Of a stretch of 64,000 bases of DNA, positions 51,671-64,000 are shown piece after piece. Location of the stretch: the NCBI RefSeq assembly GCF_009914755.1, contig NC_060926.1; one strand, given 5' to 3'. Below the pieces are notes generated by a model. It worked only from the letters and a program-made list of their open reading frames with translations. It was not told the origin of the DNA and ran no database searches. Numbering within the stretch: position 1 is the first letter of the stretch; every line of letters starts with the position of its first letter. Position numbers and translations under genes: made by a program. This DNA is from the human T2T-CHM13v2.0 reference genome, Homo sapiens.

Positions 51671-54600
51671 GTCTGAGAAGGAAAGGCCCTTCCTCCAGCA
51701 TCCACACAGCCACTTCCTCGTCTCTGCTCAGACCTTGCTGATACCGTATGCGAAGCAGCGCGCCTCTTATTCGCCTTCCTTTTTCTCCAAAGCTCTTATG
51801 GGCATCTGGTAGGTTGCATTTGTAGTTGTTTGTTTGACTGTCTCTCTCCTCTAGAATGTAATCTCCACATCAGCAGGGAATTTGGTTTGTTTTCATTTGA
51901 GATAATGTCACCTCGAAGCCTCCAAATAACCCCAAAAGGTAGGCACTGTCGCCAACCTCACTTTACAGAAACTGAGGCTTGCTGGGGGGCTCAAACACTC
52001 GCCCACACTCTCACAGTGATGGAACCAGGGTCTGAGCTGTGTGGCCCCATCCCATTTCTGGTTTTGTTTTTGTTTTTACTTTTGTTTCTTCTTCGGCTAT
52101 CTCCCCTGGAGCCTGGAATAGAACTTGGCAGGTAGGAGGCCCAGATCTGTTTTTTTCGAGTGAATGAATAAATGAATGAGTCTATGGTTTTTGGACTTAG
52201 ATAAAAGCAGAGAAAAGACCAAATGTATTGCTTTTTAAAATGAGGATTAAAAATAAAAGTTTATGGCTGTTCTGTGTTGACTGATGAGGTGTGCAAAGCA
52301 GGAAGCAGGGTTAGAAACTTAGACTGGAACAAGAGAGACGGAGAAAGTGTAGCAAGACTTCAAAGCACCAACAGCCTCTCTTAGGCTGTGTCTAAACAAG
52401 CGAGGCCCAGAAGTGAGGCAATTAATCAGGTAATTCCAGCCCCCTTCCACCCAATGGCCTCAATTATCTGGCTACTTGAAACCTACCCGGTTTATGGGTA
52501 ATGAGTGTTAATAGGCTATTGTCCGGAAACAGTCTCCCCCCACAGTTTGCTCCTTGGCATTCGAAAGGCCCCAGGCAGCAAGAAAGGTTCGGCTGACCGC
52601 TTTGCCGCCCACTCTCTGCATCTGTAATAAGGGACAGAAATGCCTTCTTCAGCAGGCTGCTGTCAGGAGCCGGAAAAGTACCTGTCCAGGGTCTGGAATC
52701 CTGACTATGGCACTCCGCACACCTTCATTTCATTCTAGTTTCTTCCCACCAGTCTAAACCCTCACCACCACACTGCCTGCCCTCCAGGCCTCTGGGCTGG
52801 CCTCATCTCTTCAGTTTTGCAAACTCTTGGAGGACAAGCAGAAGAGGAATTACTTTCAAACGCTCCCCAGTTCTGCCCCAGAACAGAGCTTGCCCTTCTG
52901 AGGAAAAATGACAGGGTCAAGGAAAAAAAAAAAAAGGACAGGGAACTCTCATCATCGACCTCCTATTGCTGAGCCCTTTAAGAGCTCAGTCTCATCTAAT
53001 CTTCACAAAATCCTGCCGGGAGGGTCCTGTGATGACCCCATCTCACAGACAGGGAGACTGAGGTTCAGAGGCTTAACTAGCAAGTCTAAAGCTCGACAGG
53101 AAGTAAGTGTTGGAGCTGGGGTCCAGACTCCAGGGGCTATGAAGTCATCATAATTTTGTACTTCAGAAGTAAAAAATAATAGAACCAAAGTTATGGAAAC
53201 AGCTTTTTCAGAGCTGGAAAGTCTTGAGAGATCTTGGAATCCAAACCTATTTTAGAGACGGGAAGACTGAAGGCTAGGGAGTGGAAATGGTGGAGGAAGC
53301 AGAAGGGAGATGATGATAAGATCACAACAGTGACAGGTGGCACATGAGGCCCATGTGCTGGGCCGGGGCGTCGCACTGGGGCAGAGATGGCAGGATGGGC
53401 CTCCGTCTCCCCACCCCAGCCCAGCGCTCTGCCAGTCCCCACTCCACCCTTGCCGGAGGCTCCAGCCTCACTTACGGACAGCTGCCACGCTGGAGCACCG
53501 AGGCGAGGTGGCCCAGGCTCCGCCTGCAGCCAGGCTGTCCCCATAGGAGGCAGGCCCAGCCTTCTGTCCACCTCCAGCACAACTCTCCTCTGGCTTTGAA
53601 ATCCGGATGCTAAATGAGGAGTCAGATGGGAGGATTCCCAAGCGGGCCCAGGTCTGATCACGTACCCAAAGCCCTCCTGTCCTTTCTTGGGTGTGTGGCC
53701 TCCATGGCGCCTGGATACACAGGGCCCAGGGCTACTCCCTTAAGCAGCAAAATCTTTGCTTTGCAAATATGCCTAGTGACGTCCTCCTGGAGTCCTCCCA
53801 AACACCCCTGCTGCCGCCCCTTCCATTTCTCTTTCAGAGGTAATGGAGGGAAATCAGGGCCCAGTGCGTGGGAAGTGCTGTTGTTTCTAGGAATAGTTGA
53901 GCAAGGTGCTCCCAGGGAGCTATGAGGAGCTTCCTCCTGGGGACCAATCCCGCCCAGCCTCAGGGCCCAGCCCCTACCTGGGAGGCCTTCCTTAAGGCCC
54001 CTCCCACCTCTGGACCCCAGCAGTCCTGCTACCCAGCCAGCTGAAGCCTTCGCATCTTGGTACCCAAGCCAGGGCAGGCTTAGGTGCCTGTCCTCAGCGC
54101 TCCATGGCCAGCTCCCTCCTCCCTGTTAGGAGCTTCTCTGGGGTGTGGTGACTGTGTTTTCTGGTCTTTCCTTACTGGACGAGGTCCCTGAAGGCAGAGT
54201 CTTGGCATTTTTATCTCAGGGAACTGAGCACCCCGTACAGGGCTTCTCCCAGACCACGCAGGTCTTAGTGTGGTGTGGACTGGGTGAGGCGAGGGGATGT
54301 GGCCACGTGTGCTTATTTTCCAGCTGTGTGCTTCTCCCCCAGCCAGACTCAGGCTTCTTGGACCAGTCACCCTGGGTCAGCGTGAGGGAAGGCACTGAGG
54401 GCACAGCCACCTCCGGAAGGCGACAGGTGGAAGGGCGTGGTGAGAGGGCCGTTCTGATCTTCGCTGGGTGCTTCCAATTCTGTGTCCCCCATCTCAAAGT
54501 CATGAGAAGGCCCTGCCTTCCTGGGAAGATGATGTGCAGACTGGTGTTTCATCTGGGGCAGCAGCAGCCTGAAGGCCCCCGAAATAGTGAGGCCATCAGC

Positions 54601-55355
54601 TCTGGCCGGCACCTGGCTCTGAAGGCCCAAAGCCCACACACGGGCCCTGGCTTCCCTCTCCTTGTTCCCTGGCCCAGAGACAGGTGGGCGCTTCCTGCTG
54701 GGCTGGGGTGGTCTCCAAGCTGCTGCCTGACATTGCACAGGGCCCATGAGGGGTGCAAGACCCTGAGTTGCAGGCAGTACCTGGGAGGAAGCGCACCTTC
54801 CCACTGAGGGACAAGCTTCACTCTCCAGACAGTCAGGACTTCGTCCCGTTCCAGTGTTCAGAGGGCCTAGCTCCACTGCTGAGGAAAGCTCCCCTGGGCC
54901 CAGGTCTGGGATACATGGAGCTGACAGGGTGCTGAGGAGACCCAGGGTGGGGACGGGGGCTGCTGTTGAAATGAGGGACCTCTCTGAGCCTCGGAAAGTG
55001 GAGCTGATAATGCCCAGGACATGCCCCATGCCTTCCTCAGGGAGAGGAGGTGAAGGGCAGGCAGAGTGAGGGGACTACCTTCCGGTACCCCCATGCCATG
55101 GGCCCAAGGTAGCTACTCCATAAAGGCCGGCCCCTTCCTCCTTCCCTTCTCTGCCTCGCACGGAGAGAGGATCTCTGAGCTAAAGGTGTGGGTGTGAGGC
55201 CATCCTTCAAGTCTGATTAGGGGGACCTTCCAGTTTTCCAAAGAGCACCCTGTGCATTAGTCCCTTCCTGCCTCACAGCAGCCTAGTGGGCCAGCCAGGG
55301 CCGCGGGAGGATTGAAGTCTAGGACAGCATGTGACTTTGCCCAGAGTCACCCAGC

Positions 55356-56244
55356 AGGGCACAGTGATGGGCAAGGACTCCCCCAATCCCCCGCACAAAC
55401 CCCGAGACTCCCAGTCTCGGGAGCAGGCTCTCCAGCACCCCTCCCCGGGTCCTCACGCAGCCACCTCAGTTTCCCCTCAGGACTAGCCAACCCTTTCACC
55501 TTTCTGGGCCCTTGCCCTGGGCAATAGGGGCTGGGAGCCGGATCTCCTAACTGTGGATCAGGCCTCATCCCACAGAGCCATGACTGACAGGCCCGGTGGA
55601 CTCCAGCTGTGTTCCCAGTCGTTGGGAAGGAGAGTCGTGGGGTCTTGCAGCTCCTGGGCCTTTTTACCCGAGTTGCGTAAAACTCAGGGGCCACCTTAGA
55701 TCTGTAGGACCTGGAAGACGTCAGTCCCCACTCTGGGTCTCAGGTCCCACTTTGAGAGCAGAGGTGGGGCTGGATGAGCCATGGGGTGCCTCCCTCCAAC
55801 ATCTTGACTGCATCCTCCCTGCGTCCGGAGGCAAACAGTAATTACATAAATCATATGCAGGTTCCAACATCCCTCCAGAGCCCACCGAGCCAGTGGCTGG
55901 TGGGCACACTGCCCAACTGTGAGGAGGGAAATGAGTCAGACTAGGCACAGAGAAACGCCCCTGGAGGAGCGGGCAAGGCAGCAGGGAGGGGAGAGCTTCC
56001 ACTGAGATGGCCCTTCTCGAAACAAAGCCTTAGGGGCTGGGGCAGGGGGGCACTCTCCAGTTTGCTTTTGCCTATCGCCTGGGGTAAGGGCCTAGAAAGG
56101 TGAAAGCGTTGGCTAGTCCAGAGGGGAAACTGAGGTGGCTGTGTGAGAACCTGGGTGCTGGAGAGGCCTGCAAAGAGGGCAGGGCTGGGAGTCTCGGGGT
56201 TTGCATGGTGGGTCGGGGGGAGTCCTTGCCAGTCTTTGTGTCCT
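55356..56244. repeat. Inverted repeat, ~170-bp arms (55356-55528 and 56071-56244), ~540-bp spacer
   Basis: inner 82 bp align ungapped with 10 mismatches; both arms translate LASPEGKLRWL on opposite strands. Confidence 0.93.
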
Positions 56245-56519
56245 CAAGAGTAAGAAGGGAAATGGCCCTGCTCTGCCGATCTCAGGGCCTGCGGTGAGGA
56301 TCAAATGAGGTCCAGGATGAGATGGCTCCGTGGAGGGCCCTCCAGCTCTCTCTGCCACACATTCCTCCTGCTCTGCTGACCCTCACAGTCAGTCTGCCTT
56401 TCTGGGATGCACCCTGGGAGTCACTTGGCTCACTGCGAGCCTCTGCCTTCCTCCCAAAAAGCCCTTTCTCTCTTGGCCTCACCTGTTAAAATGCTGCTTA
56501 TTCTTTAAAACCCGGTTGT

Positions 56520-57300
56520 GAGCAAATGACTGATACACACCCCATCCTAGATGCACCTCATAGATGTTACTCTGAGTTAAAGAAGCTAGATACAAAAGCA
56601 AGCATTCACCGTATAATTCTAGTTATGTGAAGTTTGAGAACAGCTACAGCCTACCCATGGGGAATGGCGATCAGAGCAGAGGTTGCCCCTGGGTGAGGTG
56701 GGGGTGGCTGGAAGGGGCTTGCGGGAACTTTCTAAGGTGGTGGAAATGTTCTTCATCTTCATGGGGGTGGTGGTTATGCAGGGAGACATTTTTCAAACTA
56801 CGAAAACTCCACACTGAAATTCTGTACATTTTATAGTCTAGAAATTATACCTCAGTAAACACAAATTATGCATAACTTATAACAACAAAAAAGTAGAAAC
56901 AACCCAAATATCCATCAATAGATGAATGGATACAGCAAATATGTCATATCCATACAATGGAATATTTTTCAGCAATAAGTGCTAACGCATGCCGCAGCGT
57001 GGATGGACCTTGAAAACATCATGCTAAGTGAAAGAAGCCAGTCACGAAAGACCACGTAGTGTATGATCTTATTTACACGAAATATCCAGAACAGGCGAAA
57101 CCAAGAAGACAGAAAGTAGGTCAGGGGGTTGCTTAGGCTGGGGGAGCCAGGTAGTGACTGCTAAGGAGAGATGAAAATGTTCTAAAATGGATTGTGGTAA
57201 TGAATGGACAACTCTGAATAGACTAAAAACCAGTGAACCGTACATTCTAAATACGTGAACGTATGGAAGGTGCATGATAATGCAACAGAACTATTAAAAA
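56520..57300 (+). mobile_element. L1M (ME/MB-type) 3' UTR fragments
   Basis: gaaacaacccaaatatccatcaatagatgaatgg...ggaccttgaaaacatcatgctaagtgaaagaagccagtcac. Confidence 0.82.
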
Positions 57301-58044
57301 ATGCCAGATTTTTTTTTTTAAAAATCACTTAGTCATCAATGATTAATCTTTTGATTTTTTTCCAATAAAATTTAAAATAGAAACTTGCCAGCACCTCACA
57401 ATTTACCTGTCACTTAGTTCCTATCCCATTTCATAGGATACTCACAAATAAATCCATGGGGGAGAAAGCCACACTACGTGGCCTATAGCCCAGATGGATT
57501 GACACCAGGTTCAGACCCCAGCTCTGGAAGTCACTCCAGTCTCTGAACTTCATGTTTCTTATCTATAATGATGATATTAATCTACCATGAAGGGGTGTTG
57601 GTTGAGAGGATTCGGAATAATGCATATGAACGATCTGCTATGTAATTAGCACTGAATAAAAAGTGTTATTTCTGCCTCCATTTTACAGAAGGAGAAGCAA
57701 GGGGCTGGAATAAAGGAAGCACGTGGCCTGAGAGACCAGAGCTGGTCAGTGGAGGTGCCTGGACTAGTACTCAGGCCACTGGACAGGGGTCCATCCATAC
57801 TGGCTTACATATGGAGTGGTCCACATTCCAGCCACAACAACCAAGGTAGCTCTTGTCGCACAAGAGATGCACAAAATTCTCTTGCCTTGAATTTAATACA
57901 GCACAACAGAGAAGCTGCAGAATCAGAGGAGTTAAATACAACCCCTTAGAAAGCACCCAATTTCTAGTTCTGTGTCTGTGGAGTTGAAATGTTCAATCCC
58001 AGAGTCCCAGAGCTCCCATGTACTGTGAACCATCTTTGCTGGGT

Positions 58045-59758
58045 GCTATACTCTAAATGTTTGTGTCCCCTTCCAAAATTCTTTTTTTTTATTATTATTA
58101 TACTTTAAGTTTTAGGTTACATGTGCACAACATGCAGGTTTGTTACATATGTATACATGTGCCATGTTGGTGTGCTGCACCCATTAACTCGTCATTTAAC
58201 ATTAGGTATATCTCCTAATGCTATCCCTCCCCCCTCCCCCCACCCCACGACAGGCCCCGGTGTGTGATGTTCCCCTTCCTGTGTCCAAGTGTTCTCATTG
58301 TTCAATTCTCACCTCTGAGTGAGAACATGAGGTATCTGGTTTTTTGTTCTTGTGATAGTTTGCTGAGAATGATGATTTCCAGCTTCATCCATGTCCCTAC
58401 AAAGGACATGAACTCATCGTTTTTTATGGCTGCATAGTATTCCATGGTGTATATGTGCCACATTTTCTTAATCCAGTCTATCATTGTTGGACATTTGGCT
58501 TGGTTCCAAGTCTTTGCTATTGTGAATAGTGCTGCAATAAACTTACGTGTGCATGTGTCTTTATAGCAGCATGATTTATAATCCTTTGGGTATATACCCA
58601 GTAATGGGATGGCTGGGTCAAATGGTATTTCTAGTTCTAGATCCCTGAGGAATCGCCACACTGTCTTCCACAATGGTTGAACTAGTTTACAGTCCCACCA
58701 ACAGTGTAAAAGTGTTCCTATTTCTCCACATCCTCTCCAGCACCTGTTGTTTCCTGACTTTTTAATGATCACCATTCTAACTGGTGTGAGATGGTATCTC
58801 ATTGTGGTTTTGAGTTGCATGTCTGTGATGGCCACTGATGATGAGCATTTTTTCATGTGTCTGTTAGCTGCATACATGTCTTCTTTTGAGAAGTGTCTCT
58901 TCATATCCTTCGTCCACTTTTTGATGGGATTGTTTGGTTTTTTCTTGTCAATTTGTTTGAGTTCTTTGTAGATTCTGGATATTGGCCATTTGTCAATGAG
59001 TAGATTGCAAAAATTTTCTCACATTCTGTAGGTTGCCTGTTCACTCTGATGGTAGTTTCTTTTGCTGTGCAGAAGCTCTTTAGTTTAAATAGATCCCATT
59101 TGTCAATTTTGGCTTTTGTTGCCATTGCTTTTGGTGTTTTAGACATGAAGTCCTTGCCCATGCCTATGTCCTGAATGATATTGCCTAGGTTTTCTTCTAG
59201 GGTTTTTATGGTTTTAGGTCTAACATTTAAGTCTTTAATCCATCTTGAATTAATTTTTGCATATGGTGTAAGGAAGGGATCCAGTTTCAGCTTTCTACAT
59301 ATGGCTAGCCAGTTTTCCCAGCACCATTTATTAAATAGGGAATCCTTTCCCCATTGCTTGTTTTTGTCAGGTTTGTCAAAGATCAGATGGTTGTAGATGT
59401 GTGGTATTATTTCTGAGGGCTCTGTTCTGTTCCATATGCTGAAATCTCACCTCCAAGGTGATGATATCAGGAGGTGGACCATTGGGAGGGGCTTAGGGCA
59501 TGAGGGCTGAGTCCTCAGCATGTGATTAGTGTCTTTATAAAAGAGGCCCCAGAGAGCTTTCTTGTCCCTCCCATCATGTGAGGACACAGAGAAAAGATGG
59601 CCATCCATGAACCAAGCAACAGCCCTCAACAGACACTGAACCTGCCAGTGCCTAGATCTTGAACTTCTCAGCCTCCAGAACTGTGAGAAATAAATGCTCA
59701 TTGTTAAAAACCACCAAGTCTATGGTATTTTTGTTATAGCACCCAAACTGACTAAGAC
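58045..59758 (+). mobile_element. MLT1A solo LTR split by L1PA (58045-58081 and 59434-59758)
   Basis: tgctatactctaaatgtttgtgtcccc..aaaattc | atatgctgaaatc...gactaagaca rejoin into a continuous LTR. Confidence 0.88.
58082..59435 (-). mobile_element. 5'-truncated L1PA (PA4/PA5-like), ORF2 C-terminus + 3' UTR, frameshifted
   Basis: ORFs 58302..58904 ([27 protein letters not shown]) and 58901..59161 ([23 protein letters not shown]); G-rich 3' UTR tract. Confidence 0.96.
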
Positions 59759-60619
59759 ACTGAACTCTAACTGAAGATATACACTACTATGGTGCTGTCT
59801 ACAGGGCAAGTTGTCAAGGTGAATGGTCCTACATCAGACGTAATAAAGGGGGACATGTCTTACTACTAGCAAAAAATTAAAACAAAAAAAGGAATGGCAA
59901 AATACAAGCAGTGACAGAGAAACAACACACATTTGCCAGATAGTGTGAATATTTGGTTCATGGGTATGTAAGAGAAAGAGGTCAGTGCAGTCCTCTTCCA
60001 GTTCTACTCAAGCAGGGACCCAGGGGTGATAGGAGAGTAGGGGAATTGCATTCTATGTGCACAGTTTAATCCCTCCAAACACACAGCCAGATATTCTAGT
60101 AACTAAAACATGACACGAACTCAAAAAGGTGAGGAGCCTGCCCATAGTGTGACTGTGTGACTGCAGAGGGTGGTGGCTTGGAGCTTTTCTCCAGACGAAA
60201 CAAGTGCAAACATTTCATCCCTGTCCGTTTCCTCTTGAGTCTTTGAACATAAAATCCATGCAGCTTCAGAGGGGAGCATCCATTTCAACATTCCCTTTTT
60301 GTGTGTTGACATTGCAGATAAAGACATTTCATCATACGCCTAATTCCTGTGGCTTCCTGAGCCCCTGCCCTCTCCCGCTGAATAGCTGGTGGGGCCATGG
60401 TGCTCACATTGGCCTATAATGTTGCCCAATCCTATTGGCCAATTATTTAATTTTCTGACCTGAGTAGGCAATACAGGGAAAAGGATAGCCCAGTCCCCTT
60501 TGGTCGTCTCTCCAGCCAGGTTTGTTGTATATTTTGTTGGGGAGGACAGAGTGGTAGAAGAAAGCTGTTTGTTTGCTTGATCCACGTAACTGAAACCTGT
60601 ATGTCTACCAGTACTTTTC

Positions 60620-61020
60620 TGCATGTATGGTAAAATATACACAAATAAAACTCACCATCTTAACCATTTTTAAGTGTTCAATTCAGTGGCATGAAGTACA
60701 TTCACATTGTTCTGCAACCATCACCACCATCCATTTGCAGAATCTTTCATTATCCCCAGTCAAAACTCTGTACGCGTGAAATAGTAACTCCTCATTCCCT
60801 ACCCAGCCCCTGGAAGCCCCACTCTGCTTTCTGTCTCTACAAGTCTGACTAAGTACTTCCTGTAAGTGGAATTCTTCAATATTTGTCTTTTTGTCTCTGG
60901 CTTATTTTACTTAGCATAATGTCTTTAAGGTTCATCCATGTTGTAATATGTGTCAGAATTTTGCTCCTTTTAAAGGTGGGATCATACTCCATTATATGCA
61001 ATACCAAACTTTGTTTTATC
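60620..61020 (-). mobile_element. L1MB 3' UTR
   Basis: caccatcttaaccatttttaagtgttcaattcagtggcatgaagtacattcacattgtt. Confidence 0.85.
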
Positions 61021-61780
61021 ACTGGCATGTTTTTTCTACCCACTATTTGTCTGGCACTATTTTAGGCACTTTGGCGTAAGGGTGAAGAAACAGACGGGAT
61101 TGACAGATGTAGCATTTTCATACAGGCAGCGAGCCTAGATACAGGTGAAATGGGGAGTCAGTCAGTGGCTGCCAAACCATGGGGGTCATTGGGTTAGTGG
61201 AAAAAGGCATTTCCAAGGACTGGTCTGATCAGAGGTTTGGGAGGTGACTTGAAACACACAGAGCTTGCTGTGTGTCTGTGGATTCTCCCTTGTAAATTGC
61301 TCTTTTCTAAATTTGTGTACTTAGCAGGTGGAGAAAACATGCCTTAACTGTGATATGTCTATTTCCTCTCTATTTCTAAGCAATTGTATTTGTGTACCTA
61401 CTTTGTGTCATGCTGTTGATGCCTCAATTTCATTATGGACTCTTATTATTATTTGCTAATTTTTTATTTTTCTCATCACCACAAGTGTCTTTTAGAATGA
61501 AGCAACGTATAAAAGTATACCTGTCTGTCATTAATCTGTCAATTTACTTTCCTTCTGTTTGGAGTTATTGATACATCTCATCCAACTCTTCCTCCCTGAT
61601 GCCGCCCTCCATCTCTCTCCTGCCCCTTCTCCTGCCTGCTAGGTTTCTCCAGAGCCTAGGGCTTCATGCCCTCTGTGGGTGACCCCTGTCCTCTGGTCAG
61701 CAAAGTGACTAATTAGAGTATGTCCTGAGTTCTTCAGGTTTTTCTTCCTCCTTAGCTGCTCATATTCTTTGGATTTGGTA

Positions 61781-61781
61781 T

Positions 61782-61820
<39 letters not shown>

Positions 61821-62107
61821 TTTTTGAGACAGAGTCTCACTCCTTTGCCCAGGCTGGAGTGCAGTGGCGTGATCTCAGCTCACTGCAACCTCCACCTCCC
61901 AGGCTAAAGCGATTCTCCTGCCTCAGCCTCCTGCGTACCTGGAATTACAGGTGTGCACCACCACGCCCAGGTAATTTTTGTATTTTCAGTAGAGACAGGG
62001 TTTTGCCATGTCAGCCAGGCTGGTCTCGATCTCCTGTCCTCAAGTGATCCGCCTGCCTTGGCCTCCCAAAGTGCTGGGATTATAGGCATGAGCCACTGTG
62101 CCCGACC
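61781..62107 (-). mobile_element. AluS with (ttta)n tail
   Basis: antisense dimer; TSD tggatttggtatt 61770-61782/62108-62120. Confidence 0.94.
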
Positions 62108-62167
62108 TGGATTTGGTATTATTTTAGGCATGAGCCACCGTGCCTGACCTGGATTTGGTATTATTTT
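62084..62167. repeat. 42-bp tandem duplication of the Alu 5' end plus its TSD
   Basis: 62084-62125 vs 62126-62167, 2 mismatches. Confidence 0.95.
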
Positions 62168-62456
62168 GGATATCTTAGATTAGTAGACATCTAAACTCTG
62201 ATAAGTGAGGGGTTGTGATACTTACTGAGATAGTTTATTAATTATGGTTTATAATGAAGAAGTCTTTCAAGGGTTTCTTCACTTACGGGACAATGACCTA
62301 ATGAGAGCATGGCACACAAGGCTTGTCTTCTCCCGCAAGAGCATTCCAGCAGTACTCAACTAACTGCTGTGGTTCCTTGTCTATGCCAGCCATTTCTCCT
62401 CTTAGCTCTTTGGTCCACATGGATCCCATGGCCTAGAGTTTTAAACAAATGCACTA

Positions 62457-62763
<307 letters not shown>

Positions 62764-62800
62764 AAATGCACCATGGGTATTTCTGCTGTGGCACCTTTAA

Positions 62801-63152
<352 letters not shown>

Positions 63153-63199
63153 GCATGCATCTCTTTAAATGTCTGCCTCACCCTCTTGATCTGAACTCT

Positions 63200-63760
63200 T
63201 CCATGGCAGGGATGGGCACAAAACAATGAAGTGGTTACAGTTCTTTTGCCCAAGCAGTTCATAATAGTACAGGAAGACAAACCTGCAAAAGCCAGCTACA
63301 AAATGAAGGTGCAAGGACTGTGCTCTGGAGAAAGAACTCATCCTGTATACAAAGGGGGTTAAGGGCCATGGTGAGTTTTCAGTTAGAATTTGAAAAATTA
63401 TAATAATGAAGATGTATAGATGAGGAAGAACTAGGGGGTAGGCATTTCAGACAACAGCAGTAGGATGCCTGGTGGCAAGAAAGTAGAGGGTGATGCCCAC
63501 TTTGTCCCAAGAAGCAGAGCCTAAGGTGAAGGGAGAGAGTTGGGAGTTGAGGAGTTGAGGAAGGCATTGCATTCCCAGTCTCAGTGGTCAGTGTTTACCC
63601 TGGGGCAATGTGGAACCATAGAGGGCTATGGAGAAGGGGTGGTATAGCCTCCACATGCCTTACAATCGTTGTGGGGTGCAGATGGACTTAGGGTTAGCCC
63701 AGCTGAAGGCAGAAGCAAGGCTAGCTCTTGCAGTGAGAGTTGGTGAGGGTGGAGGGAACT
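63200..63760 (-). mobile_element. L2 fragment
   Basis: cccaagcagttcataatagtacagg...ggcatttcagaca...gggcaatgtggaaccatagaggg. Confidence 0.55.
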
Positions 63761-64000
63761 TGTGAGGCAAATATATCTGCAGGGGCTTCCCTAAGTGGGC
63801 ATTTTGTCCCATGTGGCTATGTCAGCGGGAGGAAGAAAGTGGGAGAAGAAGCATCTCTCCACCAACCAGGCAGTTGCCAAAAACAGTCTCTCTCCCAGGC
63901 CCAGTGTTTATTGTTCTCTGTCACAGCCTATTTTCTGTTACATAATGCATCAGACTGACCCCCGCCCCACAGACTCTGCCCCGGGGTCCTTTGTTGGCTT

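Noticed and set aside
54145-55029. Overlapping ~220-aa ORFs on both strands
   Set aside because: Stop-poor GC-rich sequence open in several frames; no domain similarity.
55347-56297. Shared peptide LASPEGKLRWL in two ORFs suggesting a paralogous gene pair
   Set aside because: Artefact of the DNA inverted repeat and MIR-core words.
58302-59161. Apparently real protein ORFs
   Set aside because: Frameshifted C-terminal L1 ORF2 of a 5'-truncated element, not a host gene.

Overview
Primate (human-like) genomic DNA that looks intergenic or deep-intronic. I recognise no protein-coding exon, RNA gene, CpG island or CRISPR array. The ORF track is explained by Alu, L1 and MaLR translations and by chance GC-rich frames. 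A large part of the window is transposon-derived: about 14 Alu pieces (J, S, Y), a 5'-truncated L1PA, a ~6-kb nested L1M block and other L1M 3' ends, THE1/MLT1 solo LTRs, MER DNA transposons, and many MIR/L2/L3 relics. The most unusual structure is a set of locally templated copies that repeat families do not explain: a ~170-bp inverted duplication (55356-56244), a 63-bp insertion copied from 746 bp upstream and flanked by a perfect 14-bp duplication (36491-36586), a 63-bp near-identical patch shared by two old L2 fragments (11144/12311), and several short tandem duplications. Candidate cis-regulatory sites include a strong CTCF motif, a tandem STAT (GAS) pair, paired MEF2 sites with AP-1, and a homeodomain-site cluster. 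I could not establish a new biological system or place the locus. Subfamily calls and boundaries were made by eye and are approximate.
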